Positions 23,659-36,097 of a DNA stretch of 50,261 nt are shown here, piece after piece. The first letter of the stretch is position 1. Each line of letters starts with the position of its first letter. Below the pieces are notes generated by a model. It was not told the DNA's origin. It ran no database searches and was given only the letters and a program-made list of their open reading frames with translations. Origin of the DNA: Nemertoderma westbladi (Eukaryota > Animalia > Xenacoelomorpha); contig JAUCBJ010005430.1 of NCBI GenBank assembly GCA_032718475.1, positions 1-50,261 on the forward strand, given 5' to 3'. The translations under genes were made by a program, and so were the position numbers.

Positions 23659-26600
23659 ATGGAGACTAATACTTCACTATTGACATTCAATGAAAGAGTT
23701 GAGCAGAACTGGCAATATAAGTTGGCAACACAAATTGCGACAATTGGTCTTCTTTCTTTGGCTGTTGTTGGGACGATCAGCAACATACTTACATTCATGG
23801 TAATGAGAAGATTCAAACCTCAAACGAGCACAACTATGTATCTACAGGTAAGATCTAATAATTTTTAACAATATTATGATTTATTTAGACTTTGATTTAT
23901 CAATATCTACATCTATATAACATGGTAATACAATGAACCAAAGGGTGCGAATACTCCACTGACACTCCATGTCTTTATAATCGCCATATAGCTTCAGTTT
24001 AAGAGACAACACCAATAGTATTTGATATTGTTTTTATGTGAAAGAAATCCAATACCGGTATTTTTTACCATATCGTCTAGGCCGAGTGGACGATGTACTA
24101 TACACATATTTCAGGTAAACTTCTGCAGTGTTAATATCTAAGGTATTGAATGTTATTAAATGTAATTCGACAAAGTTTCTTGTTTGTGTGTGATAATTTA
24201 AGTTGTGACATCTGAGTCAAATGTGGGTACTTTGGTCACACAATTGTCACAAGTTATTGTTGAGATGAGCCAGATGAGATTTAGAGAGAAGAAGATAAGA
24301 TCTAGTTTATTTAACAATACAGCAGCTATGGTATCCATCTCATCTATTTCGCAATAATGACAAATTCGCAATTGTGTCTGTTTAATCCTTTTGTTATAGT
24401 CAATACTGTTGTTTGTTATAGGAAATTCTCAGTAAGGATGGCCTAAAATTGTGCCTTTCATTAATTATTTAATTATAAACGCATTGATGATGCAAGTACT
24501 ATATTACTTTCTAATCAAATTAAGGGAATTAATGATATTATGGCGATCATGTAATTGGCCTGAGCCAGAACAGATAAGAATGCACAGCTGGCAATCAGCT
24601 GATTATCATTATTATTGGTTTGCCTATAATACATTAGGTGATTGTATTATATATATCGTATTCGTTGTTTCATTTATTGTTGACTGAATATTATTGTAGT
24701 AATATTAAATTAACTTTCTGGGCTCTACACTTATTTGTTACTAATAATAATCGCCATATTGGTGACCCGGACGAGATTTAATTTTAAATTTATTTTATTT
24801 ATTAATTTAAATTAATTAATTACCTAAATGGCCGTTAGTCAACCCCCCAAGATGATAATGACGATGGAAGAACTGCAGGTCGAGTTGGACTGGCTGAAAC
24901 AAGAGCGGACCACGGCCGTCACAGCCACGGAGTCCCTCAATGCTGTATCTCTAAAACTGGCCTCCTTCTGGAGGAACGAACCAAAACTATGGTTTATACA
25001 GACCGAGGCTGCATTCTCGACGCGCGCGCCACCAATCACCTCGGACGAAACTCGCTACGGCTATTTGATAACCGCACTCGATGGTGTCGCGGCGGCAGAG
25101 GTACGCCACATCCTGGAGCACCCCCCGGCTGCAGGCACCAGGTACCAGACCCTCAAGGAGGCGCTAATCTCCGCCTACGCGCAGACCCAGGCCTCCAAGG
25201 ACAAAGAATTGCTGAACCTAACCGGCCTCGGCGACCGGAAGCCATCATCCTACTGGAGGTACTTGCAGTCGCTCTCTGACGGGAACGCCGACACCCTCCT
25301 GCGCGCTTTGTTCGTCTCCCAGCTGCCCAAGGACATCGCTGCAATCGTTTCAACCACGGTCACTGACACCACCACTGGCGAAGATTTTGCAGCGATGTGC
25401 AACAAGGTATTAGAGGCCAAAGGTCAGCCCGGCATAAACGCCGTCAGTTCCGGCGGAGGGCGACGCGGCGGAGGACGAGGCGGTAACAATGGAGGTTTTG
25501 GAGGGAACAGGTATAGCTCGGGGCAGTCGGGCTCAAGCGGCGGCAATCGCCAACAGCAGGGACGCCCTTTCCCCTCCTCTTCCAACACAGTGGAGCTCTC
25601 CAATGGGCTGTGTTACTATCACAAAACCTTTGGACGCAGAGCGAACAGATGCAAAGGGGGCGGCTGCCGTTTCCGCAGTAACGTGAATGTGCTATACGAA
25701 GAGGGGTCCCCAGCGTACAACTCAATGGATGCAACAGAACTGCCGGGAAACGATTAGGCCGGCCGCTAATTACCGGAGCGGTCGGCACAAAGAAGAGGTA
25801 TACGATGAGAATAGTAGACCGCCGCACCGGCGTCTCCTTCCTAATCGACTCAGGAGCGGACATCTCTGTCCTCCCAGCGTCTCCACGTCAACGCCGTGAA
25901 CCCGAATCCTCCCCTCTGGTCGCAGCAAACGGCTCCAAGATACGAGCATGGGGCGAGTCTAACTGTGGTATATCTCTCAGGTCCTCCACCGAGGGAGACA
26001 AACTCTTTACACATGACTTCATCGTTGCTGACGTCGCTGAGGCGATCCTCGGCGCCGATTTCTTCGCGTCATTTGGTTTCGCAATCGACATGAGAGGACG
26101 CCGGCTCGTTAACCTCGACCACGGATACTCGGTGTATGGCACACCGGCCTCACTCTCTACCGTCCTCGCCGGGCTCCGAGTTTCCTGGCTCTCCCGCTTC
26201 GACGCCATCTTGGCGGACTACCCCGAGGTGCTCGTCCCCCGCTTCGAGGTGGGAGCCCCTAACAAACACGGAGTAGAACATTATATACCGACCCACGGGC
26301 CGCCTGTGTTTGCCAGGGCGCGAAGATTGAACACAGACAAGTTAGCGGCGGCCAAGGCGGAGTTCGCGAAGATGGAAGCCGCCGGAATCATCCGCCCATC
26401 ATCCTCGCCTTGGGCCAGCCCATTACACATGGTACTGAAACCAGATGGGTCGTGGAGGCCGTGTGGTGACTACCGGAGACTAAACGAAGTCACAGAAGAC
26501 GACCGCTATCCCCTACCACACGTACAAGACTTTAACGTCAACGTCGCCGGATGCACCGTCTTTTCCAAACTGGACCTAATCAAAGGCTACCACCAGATCC

Positions 26601-29527
26601 CCATGGCGGCCGCGGACATTCCCAAGACTGCGATAATCACACCGTTCGGTCTCTGGGAGTTTGTCCGCATGCCTTTCGGACTTAGGAACGCAGCGCAAGC
26701 GTTTCAACGCCTAATGTCCGGAGTACTCCAGGGACTCCCCTTCGTTTTCGTATATCTAGACGATGTGCTGATCGCGAGCAATGGCAACGACGAACATGAA
26801 GAACATCTCCGCACGGTTCTACGCCTTCTCAGAGACAATGGCCTCGTCATAAACAAGACCAAGAGTGTCCTCGGAGCCACTGAACTCAACTACTTGGGCC
26901 ACCGGGTTACCTGCGAAGGTATTGCTCCATTGCCGACAAGAGTAAATGCGATCAAGGAGTACGTGGCGCCAAAGTCCAAGGCGGATCTACAACGCTTTCT
27001 GGGCGTCATCAATTATTACCACCGATTCGTTCCTGGTCTAGCCGGTGTCCTCCGTCCCCTCTACGAGGCGGTCAGGGTCAAGAAACCATCCCACTTCTTC
27101 TTCTCCGTCGAGTGCGTGGCCGCTTTCAATGCTGCCAAAGATGCCCTCGCATCTGCGGTCCTCTTAGTACACCCAAACTCTCGTGCGCAAACGCGCGTTA
27201 CTACGGACGCCTCCGGCTTGGCAGTAGGTGCCGAGTTGTCTCAATTGCAGCCATCGGGGTTGTGGGCACCAGTCTCTTTCTACTCGAAGAAACTCAAACC
27301 GGCGGAAATGAAATACTCGGCGTTCGACAGAGAATTATTGGCCGTCTACCTGTCCATCAAGGCTTTCCGACACCACCTAGAGGGCCGGAGTTTCCACATC
27401 TTAACAGATCACCGCCCGCTAACTGGTGCATTGGCCTCTGCAGTAGAGCGCTCACCTCGCCAGACAAGGCACTTAGCTTTCATTGCAGAATTCACCTCTG
27501 ACGTCCGCCACGTCTCAGGGAATTCCAACGTAGTAGCGGACGCTCTCTCCCGCGCCACTCCGGATAGTCCAACGCCTCCGTTGCTCTCAACAGTTCACCC
27601 GGTAAGAGGAATGGATTACAAATCGCTATCCCGAGATCAGTCGTTCAGCGAGGAGATCGCCGCGTATCGAACCGCCATCTCAGGACTCCATCTCATTGAT
27701 GTGCCATTTGATAATGGGGTATCCATACTCTGCGACGATTCTACCGGACTGAACCGTCCTGTCCTCCCAAAAGAGTGGACCAAGAGGGCTTTCGACATGG
27801 TACACGGCTTGGGCCACGCCGCAGTTCGCCCGACACAAAAGGCCGTGGCAATGAGGTTTGTGTGGCATGGACAGAAGAAAGACGTGAGACGGTGGTGTAA
27901 AGAATGCTTACAGTGCCAAGCATCCAAGGTCGCAAGACACAACAAGGCCCCTCTAGTCACGCGACCACCACCGAATCGCCGTTTCGGATCACTCCACGTT
28001 GACATAGTCGGCCCCCTGCCGACGTCTGAGGGATACAACTACCTATTCACGGTCGTAGACCGGTTCTCCCGGTGGCCGGAAGCCATCCCCATGGTGAGAG
28101 CAACGGCTGAGGAGTGCGCATCGGCCTTGCTAAGAGGCTGGGTTGCCCGTTTCGGGGTTCCGACGGACCTTACATCGGACAGGGGACCGCAATTCACATC
28201 GACACTGTGGATTGCGCTCAACAAACTCATGGGAACAACAGCCTCGAACACAACCGCGTACCACCCGCAAGCAAATGGGATGGTGGAGAGAATACACCGA
28301 CAGCTGAAGACGACGCTGGAGGCCAGGTGCGAGGCCGCCGGGGCCACCTGGATGACGCACTTGCCTTTTGCGCTCCTCCACATGCGCACCGTGTGGAGAG
28401 AAGACCCAGAGTGTTCGGCGGCGGACCTCACCTACGGCACGGCTTTAACGCTCCCCGGGGATTTTGTGTCGTCGGAGACAGTAGACAGGGCCACACAACC
28501 GACTCAACCCTTCGTCGACGAACTCCGCAGGGTCATGCAACAACTACAACCACCCCCACCTATCCATCATCACAAACCACCGGCACACGTGTCACAAGAC
28601 CTAGCCAACACAGGATGGGTATTTGTGCGTGTTGACGCGCGCTCACCACCCCTTACCAGGCCATACAAAGGCCCTTTCCGTGTCCTAGAGGTTGGGGAGA
28701 AGGCCTTCATCCTCAACATCAACGGGAAGAAGGACGTGGTTTCTATAGACAGATTAAAGGTGGCGTATGGGATGGCACTGCCGGCGGTGTTGCCAGCCAC
28801 CAGGTCGGGCAGGGCAGTGAGACCACCCGGTAAAGTTCGAGGGACTATGAACAGTATATCATAGTATTCAGAATATCATATTGTGTGTCATACTTAATGG
28901 TGAAGGAAATTGTTAAATAAACTATAATTGTATCTCTCCGCATACAGGTCCGTGTTGGTATCACCTTCCAACTCTGGCCAGTAAGCGTCGCTGGGAGGGA
29001 GTACTATGGCGATCATGTAATTGGCCTGAGCCAGAACAGATAAGAATGCACAGCTGGCAATCAGCTGATTATCATTATTATTGGTTTGCCTATAATACAT
29101 TAGGTGATTGTATTATATATATCGTATTCGTTGTTTCATTTATTGTTGACTGAATATTATTGTAGTAATATTAAATTAACTTTCTGGGCTCTACACTTAT
29201 TTGTTACTAATAATAATCGCCATAATATTATAGGGTTCACTGTGGAATAACACCATTGGAGGTGAACAGGCATTCCTTGTCTAACAAATCTAAAAACATT
29301 ATCCCATTCAATACCAAATATCATAATAAATTTATTTATTTTTGTTAGATTCTGGCAGTTTGTGATACTGTTAGTCTTATATGGGATGCAGTTATATCAA
29401 TGCCATTGCCTTTGTTGGGAATTGTAACTGAAGCTTTTTCTATAGTTAGCTGCAAAATTACCATGGTCCACAACTGGGGGTCATCTATGGCATCCGCATG
29501 GATTTTAGTTGCTGTAACTGTTGACAG
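23659..29527 (+). CDS. Host class-A (rhodopsin-like) GPCR, probable peptide receptor; coding exons 23659-23847 and 29349-29527, remainder not found
   Basis: N-glycosylation sequon NTS, TM1 (VGTISNILTFMVM), phase-0 GT-AG splice, TM2 LAVCD, TM3 C..SAWILVAVTVDR. Confidence 0.9.
24828..25757 (+). CDS. gag: Gypsy Gag
   Basis: FWRNEPKLWFIQTEAAF, GDRKPS, C-terminal CYYH..FG..A..C..C. Confidence 0.95.
   Translation: MAVSQPPKMIMTMEELQVELDWLKQERTTAVTATESLNAVSLKLASFWRNEPKLWFIQTEAAFSTRAPPITSDETRYGYLITALDGVAAAEVRHILEHPPAAGTRYQTLKEALISAYAQTQASKDKELLNLTGLGDRKPSSYWRYLQSLSDGNADTLLRALFVSQLPKDIAAIVSTTVTDTTTGEDFAAMCNKVLEAKGQPGINAVSSGGGRRGGGRGGNNGGFGGNRYSSGQSGSSGGNRQQQGRPFPSSSNTVELSNGLCYYHKTFGRRANRCKGGGCRFRSNVNVLYEEGSPAYNSMDATELPGND
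25745..25786 (+). promoter_or_regulatory. -1 programmed ribosomal frameshift signal
   Basis: Slippery G GGA AAC (25745-25751), 6-nt spacer, 10-bp stem gccggccgct/agcggtcggc; pol is in the -1 frame and open from this point. Confidence 0.85.
25805..28864 (+). CDS. pol: Gypsy Pol (PR-RT-RNase H-IN), intact; probably made as Gag-Pol from ~25745
   Basis: LIDSGA, YLDD, TDAS..ELLA..TDH, HHCC, DDE core, GPF motif. Confidence 0.97.
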   Translation: MRIVDRRTGVSFLIDSGADISVLPASPRQRREPESSPLVAANGSKIRAWGESNCGISLRSSTEGDKLFTHDFIVADVAEAILGADFFASFGFAIDMRGRRLVNLDHGYSVYGTPASLSTVLAGLRVSWLSRFDAILADYPEVLVPRFEVGAPNKHGVEHYIPTHGPPVFARARRLNTDKLAAAKAEFAKMEAAGIIRPSSSPWASPLHMVLKPDGSWRPCGDYRRLNEVTEDDRYPLPHVQDFNVNVAGCTVFSKLDLIKGYHQIPMAAADIPKTAIITPFGLWEFVRMPFGLRNAAQAFQRLMSGVLQGLPFVFVYLDDVLIASNGNDEHEEHLRTVLRLLRDNGLVINKTKSVLGATELNYLGHRVTCEGIAPLPTRVNAIKEYVAPKSKADLQRFLGVINYYHRFVPGLAGVLRPLYEAVRVKKPSHFFFSVECVAAFNAAKDALASAVLLVHPNSRAQTRVTTDASGLAVGAELSQLQPSGLWAPVSFYSKKLKPAEMKYSAFDRELLAVYLSIKAFRHHLEGRSFHILTDHRPLTGALASAVERSPRQTRHLAFIAEFTSDVRHVSGNSNVVADALSRATPDSPTPPLLSTVHPVRGMDYKSLSRDQSFSEEIAAYRTAISGLHLIDVPFDNGVSILCDDSTGLNRPVLPKEWTKRAFDMVHGLGHAAVRPTQKAVAMRFVWHGQKKDVRRWCKECLQCQASKVARHNKAPLVTRPPPNRRFGSLHVDIVGPLPTSEGYNYLFTVVDRFSRWPEAIPMVRATAEECASALLRGWVARFGVPTDLTSDRGPQFTSTLWIALNKLMGTTASNTTAYHPQANGMVERIHRQLKTTLEARCEAAGATWMTHLPFALLHMRTVWREDPECSAADLTYGTALTLPGDFVSSETVDRATQPTQPFVDELRRVMQQLQPPPPIHHHKPPAHVSQDLANTGWVFVRVDARSPPLTRPYKGPFRVLEVGEKAFILNINGKKDVVSIDRLKVAYGMALPAVLPATRSGRAVRPPGKVRGTMNSIS

Positions 29528-30420
29528 GTAGGTAATTCAATAAATAAAATACAATATAAAGGAGTGAATGGGAATGTGAGTTATCAGTGAAGGTGAAATG
29601 CGTCACACTAGAAGCAACCTGGTGTTCCTCCCTCTTTATCTTTACCTGGTGCAACATGAGGGTCACTCTCACTTTCAATGTTGAATACTGAGAAACTATT
29701 TATTGCTTTCTGTAACTCACAATACCGAGCTAGTTTAGAACAATATTCTTACCCAACCTGTAATAAGTGCCATACGATTTAGTTTGTCTGATCATAATCA
29801 AAAGAAGGAGGGAAAATTCTGCTTGTGGATTCTGACTCATTCATTACAATATAATGTATTGGAGAATAAAATATTGAGTGTTGAAAAATATCATGAGTAA
29901 AAAGTAACGAGAGAAAAATTATGATGATATGAAAAATATCGAAAATATAATAAGCTAAAATACCGCGATTAAAAATATGAAGAGTAAAAATATCACGAGT
30001 AAAAATATTGTGTGTAAAATACATCATCAAATCATTGTTGTAGGCCTATTTACATTGAGCCTATTACCAATTCACAAAGGAAATGTTTCCATTTCTATTT
30101 AAGTTTATCGAATTAGTTTTTTGGAATTTATTTTATTTCCTCTAATTAATTTTTTTCATTACTCTTTGGTATACACATTTTCATGTAAATCGATATAATT
30201 CTGATATTTAAAAATTTTCTAGAAATTATTTGTTATTATTTCACAAAGCGATTCGAAATCTTCTCATTAGGGGGTGGGGGGCTATTGTTCCGGGGTGCTA
30301 CTGTCTGGGTGACTACTATCCGAGAACCATCTGTGATACTGGCTTTCAATTGATTTGGCTTTTGTTATATAGTTGACATTGAAGGCAGATTCTATAGTAT
30401 TGAGAAGGCAATGATATATT

Positions 30421-30800
30421 GGTTCACGGTCCTTGACATAAGTGACCATTATTACCGTAATGTGTGTGTGTGTGTGTGTATTAGTGTGTGTGTGTGTCCA
30501 GAGCGATATCTCAGTTATTTATTAATCAATCGAAACAAAATTTGGACAAAAATTTGATATAGGGATGGCGAAGGCTCATACAAAAAATTGGGTGTCGAGA
30601 TGGTATTTGTGCGATGTGAGCGCTATATTTGCGTGTTTTCGCATGGTTTAGGAAAAAGCTATCTTGTCATAGGGAACGCAATGAATGATTCTGATATTTG
30701 GCATGGAGGTACCTGAATTATTTCTAAATCGATTAATGGAGGCCGATTTTTAAATTTGGACCTACATTATGACCTAATTGAAGATTTAATTAAGGTAATT
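30421..30800 (+). mobile_element. Helentron-associated (HINE/DINE-like) non-autonomous element, 5' part
   Basis: subTIR ggttcacggtcc after TT, (TG)n microsatellite, core shared with 44090-44252. Confidence 0.55.
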
Positions 30801-31470
30801 AATTAGCATTAGCAATTACCAATACTACAGTACCGGTACTGCAGTCCTGTAGGCCCTAGACTGCAAGTACTGTCCGATTGTCAGCCTGTAGTAGGCATAC
30901 CGGACCGGTACTACCTGACCACTGTAGGCCTATCTGCCTACCTTCATACTGTCATAGGTCAGTACAGCAGTAGGTCCTAGCCTAGCCCTAGCAGTAGATA
31001 GCTATCTTGTACCGGTGTCCAGTATGCCGAAGAACTGTGTTTTGTTAATGGTTAGCAATCTTAGCACTATGCACTATGCAGTATGCTATGTCCCATTAGG
31101 GTTGACACCTGACCCACGCACTCATTGGGGTCCTGTCATACCAGAGCACATCACCAGCTGGTATGCCCATATGAGATACCGCATGTGGCAGCAAAATCTA
31201 CACCCCCGGAAACGACACCAACACCTCCTGCGTTAGGGAGCATGTTTGGAAGCGTGTCGAGGGGCGGAGCGTATACCAGGTGGAATGCAGAGAAAAGCTT
31301 ATCACAGGTGAGATCGATGATCTCGTTCCCCCTGCTTGGCAGGTAGAGGGGAACGGCGGGAGATTTTAAGTTTGACTCTTAGGGTAGCATACTGCATACT
31401 ACTAGCATACTGGCATAGCAGCAAACTGGCAGTACCAAGTACTGGTACTTCTGACTGGCAGACTGGCATA

Positions 31471-34400
31471 GAGTCATTCCATTTATAATCAACCAGAAAA
31501 TTGTCAAAATGACACCAAGGTCTCCCGTTCAGACTCATATTTTGCATGCATATGAAACCAATATATAGAGAATACTATGCAAAATTTGGGCTCATTTGGT
31601 TCAGTGGTTCATGAGTTATTGCAATTTGAAAATTGTCTCTCTATGCGGCATGCGCACCGATTTGCGGCACCTCGACGTAGTATTTTTTTTGAAATTTTAG
31701 ATAATATTTGTGAAAAACTACCCAACAAAATGTTTATTGGGGTTTTCGATCATGTAGATCCCGAATTTCGGGTTAAAAAAAGAAAAGTCCAATGCCTTGT
31801 TTGGTTTTCAGGAAGATAAATTTCTTTTGCGATAGGGAATTTTCAGTCAAAAAATTCATGATGTTGGTCAACTTTATTTTATTTAGGACCAAGTTAGTTC
31901 AAAAGTACCATAAATGTGTAGTAGATAGCAGAAGGATTCATTTCCGCCCCGTTTTCCAAACTTGTGCTACATCAATTTGAAAATTTGAATATTCGCGACA
32001 TGTCGCGAAAGTTCGCGACATGTCACGAAAGTTCTCGAAAGTTCACGACATGTCACGAAACCTTGTGCTCTAAGCTAAAAAAGCTGAAGTGACACTACAT
32101 TTGGCAGATAGGCCAGGCCTACTTCATAACACTTTTGCATGTTTACATCACTTCTAGGTAAGTACTGCTCTACTATTGATTAGTTTTAATAATTTAATGT
32201 GATTAAAATAATATCATGTCGTAACTTTTTTTGATCACAAGAAAATGACAAATTCGAATCCGAAAAGATTTTTGAAAACTGATCACCCCTTCAAAAGTTA
32301 TACCACTTTTAGGTTTTTTAGATAAAATGTACTTGTAAACAAGGCAGTCACTGCTTAAACGTTGGCCCGAGTAGCTTGAAAGAGCAGCCTTGGAATTCCT
32401 TGCACCTTATTGGCTGATCTTACTTTGGAGACATCTCATTGGCCAGAGTTGTTTCTGCTGGTTATAAAATCTAGTGCATAAGCTCATTCCACTTGCCTTT
32501 TTGAGCTTAATCAAAGCTGTCAAATCTCCTTTTGTGTATTGAATTGTTTTCTTATCTTTTTATATAATAATAAAGTGCGCAAATTTTAGCAAGTTTGTTT
32601 TATCCTATTTTTTATTTCCTTTATCATAGACTATCAACTAGCCAAAACAGTCCTTATTAGGACTACCAGTAAATTAGAACTATTTTTTTTGTGAATTTTA
32701 ACTGTATTTTGTTTTAATTAATTGTTATTTCTTTTAATTCACTGTTGATTGAGTTCTGTGAGTAATGTCTGTATTAAATTGTTGCAATCTCGCAACATTA
32801 CTTAATGATGAAGGTGCCTGTCACAAGACAACATATAACAGGTCAAAAGCTCTTAAAAACGTGACAGAGTTGTCAGATCATAACCTGCAACTTCTAAAGT
32901 GGCGAACCGGGTTTAAAGATATACAGCTAGACTGCGATTTTAATATTTGCTTACATCATGAGTATATATATTTAGGTCCCATTTATGAAAGACAATTTAA
33001 GAAATGTTGCAACGTTTTTCAGAAGGAAAACCACGCACCTAAAGGTGATCGTGTTATTTCAATAGCAAATGCAATCCAATTGCAAAGTATGGGGTTCTCT
33101 GTAATTCCTGGATGGAAACTATGCCATCGCTGCTTAACTGAATTAAATAAACGTAACATTGAGACTGAACATGAACTGATCGAAAATGTAGAGCTTAGTG
33201 ATACTGATAGTGTTTCTGCACACTCTACAGATTCAGAGATAGGTGCAATTCAAAGAAGTGAAGCTAAAGAAATTGCTCGAAAGAATCTGGATACAATGTT
33301 GGTTGATAGTGGTTTGACACCTATTAAGCTCCATGGGAAACGAATCTTGCCCTATTCTAAATATAAATTTGAACGCACCGTCAAGTCTTTGAGGCATTCG
33401 TTTGGAGATGCCCTTGATATCCCAAGCACTAGTTTTAGTCAAGGTGCAGTCAGTTACAGTGTTTCAGATACAGAAGTAAAAAACCTTCAAAGGGATTCTA
33501 ATGATTTGAATACTTTAATGGGTGAAATAAAACTGAAAATTAATCAACCAGGTACTAAGTCTTCTGAAAAAATTAAGATGTAAACTTTGGTTCCTTCCTC
33601 CTGGTCTCAAACTCATACTGTTGATTTCTTCAATGTATCTGCTCATCAGGTTAAACAAGCTCGAAAGCTGCATGTTGAATCAGGCATACTTTCAGTCCCC
33701 CAATACAAACTTAGAAATGTAATATCACAAAATTCAAAAGATACAGTAATTGAATTTTATCAGGATGACAGGTTCTCTCGTATTTTACCAGGAGTAAAGG
33801 ATGTTGTTAGTATTAGAAGGGGTGAACAATATGAGCAGAAAAGACTCATTTTAAACACCCTCAAGGAGTTATTTGTTGAGTTTAAGAATCAAAACCCCCA
33901 CACCAAAGTTGGGTTTTCAAGTTTCTGCTCTCTGCGTCCTAAGTGGTGTGTACTGCCAGGTGCTTCAGGAACACATTCTGTGTGTGTGTGTACCTACCAC
34001 CAAAATGCCAAGCTTTTGGCATCAAAGACTAATCTCACATATAAGGAAATGATTGCAATGACTGTATGTGATACAAATAATAAAGAATGTATGCTTCAAA
34101 GATGTCAGGTTTGCCCTGGGATTGAACAACTTGTATCACATTTAAGAACTGAATTTAGTGACAACCTTGATGATCAGATAATTTTTCAACAATGGCAGAC
34201 AACTGATCGATCTACACTAATATCACAAGCCACAACAATTAATGAATACATTGATATCGTTTCACAGTCAATAAAGAAACTAACACCACATTCTTTCCTT
34301 GCAAAATCGCAATCACAATATCTTCGCAAATTAAAGAGCGAGATCAAACCCAGCTATGTAATAGCTATTGGGGATTTCTCAGAGAATTATACATTCGTCA

Positions 34401-36097
34401 TTCAGGACGAAATACAAAGCTACCACTGGTCGCAAATGTATTGCACCTTACATCCATTCGTGTTATACTTCTACAAAGAAGGTGCTGACAATCATTTAGG
34501 CTCTACTTCACTTTGCTACCTATCAGAAGATTCTGATCACGATACAAGTTTTGTTTACAAGATGCAGGAGCATCTTTGTTCATATATAAGGGAAGAATTT
34601 CCCCTTGTTAGCCACATACATTATTATTCTGATGGCTGTGGAGGCCAATACAAAAATTGCAAAAATTTTCTCAACCTAACTTTACATAAACATGACTTTA
34701 AGATAGCTGCATCTTGGAACTTTTTTGCAACCAGCCATGGCAAGTCTGCATGTGATGGAATTGGAGGTACTGTAAAGCGACTTGCTGCTTCGGAAAGTCT
34801 TCGTAGACCACTTTCCAATCAGATTCTTACAGTTGCTGCTCTTTTCAAATTTTGCACAGATTCAATTACTGGTATAAAGTTTTACACCATTTCGAAAGAA
34901 GAATTGAAGACTACACGAGAAAAATTGAAAGAGCGATATGAGTTGGCCACAACTGTACCAGGTACACTCAGTTTTCACCAGTTTGTTCCATTAGAGGATC
35001 AGCATCTAGCAATAGCTTATAAAAGATGCAGTGAAGATGAAAGTTTTACAAATTCCTATAATTTTTCTAAAAAATATTCATATAATATGAATTATCAAGC
35101 GAATGATTACGTGGCTGGTAAATATGACGATTTGTGGTGGGTGGGTCTTGTTAAAAATGTGAACGATGTTGAATTGGAAGCATCGGTAACATTCATGCAC
35201 CCAAGCGGACCTTCAAAGAGCTTCTTTTGGCCTCGTAGAATTGATGAGTGCCTTATTCCATTGAATGACATGATCTGCAGGATAGATGTTCCTTCGGCAT
35301 CTTCAATATCAGGGCGATCCTACTCTCTGTCAAAACAAGATGAAACTAATGTCATAGAAAGCTTTCAAAAGATGTTAAGAAAATAGGAAAGAAAATTACA
35401 TGGACGGTGAATTTTAGTCTTCATGACATGTCACGAATATACAAATTTTAAAACTTCTCAATAGTAGAGCAGTACTTAGCTAGAAGTGATGTAAACATGC
35501 AAAACTGTTATGAAGTAGACCTATCAGCCAAATGTCACTTCAGCTTTTTTAGCTTAGAGCATGAGCTTTCGCGACATGTCGCGATGTCGCGAATATTCAA
35601 ATTGATGTAGCACAAGTTTGGAAAACGGGGCGGGGATGAATCCTTTTGCTATCTATTACACATTGATGGTATTTTTAAACTAACTTGGTCCCAAAGAAAA
35701 TAAAGTTAACCAACATCATGAATTTTTTGACTGAAAATACCCTATAGCGAATGAAATTTATCTTGCTGAAAACCAAACAAGGCATTGGAATTTACTATTT
35801 TTAACCCAAAATTCGGGATCTACATGGTCGAAAACCCCCCATAAACATTTTGTTGGGTAGTTTTTCACAAATGTTATCTAAAATTAAAAAAAAAGTACTA
35901 TGTCGAGGAGCCGCAAATCGGTGCGCATGCCGCATAGAGAGCCAATTTTCAAATTGCAATAACTCATGAACCACTGAACTTCATGAGCTCAAATTTTGCA
36001 TGGTACCATCGTTTACCAATCCCTTCGATCCCTCAAAAAATTGAATCAATCTGAGGACATGGGTTCACCACCTGGTTGATTATAAATGGAATGACTC
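31471..36097 (+). mobile_element. Sola2-type DNA transposon
   Basis: Termini GAGTCATTCCATTTATAATCAACCAG and its exact reverse complement; TSD CATA/CATA; imperfect TIRs of about 650-700 bp. Confidence 0.9.
32765..35386 (+). pseudogene. Sola2-type transposase with a single in-frame stop at 33581-33583
   Basis: Two track ORFs in the same frame; DFSENY, SDGCGGQYKN, FATSHGKSACDGIGG motifs. Confidence 0.88.

Larger units (their letters stand above)
24539..29224 (+). mobile_element. Full-length Ty3/Gypsy LTR retrotransposon in the GPCR intron
   Basis: 220-bp LTRs (24539-24758, 29005-29224) identical by eye; TSD ATAT; PBS TGGTGACCCGGACG at 24760 (tRNA-Trp-like); PPT gggagggag before the 3' LTR. Confidence 0.97.

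Noticed and set aside
25444-28800. Antisense and alternate-frame ORFs over Gypsy gag-pol
   Set aside because: Expected shadow ORFs of a GC-rich coding region; no motifs.
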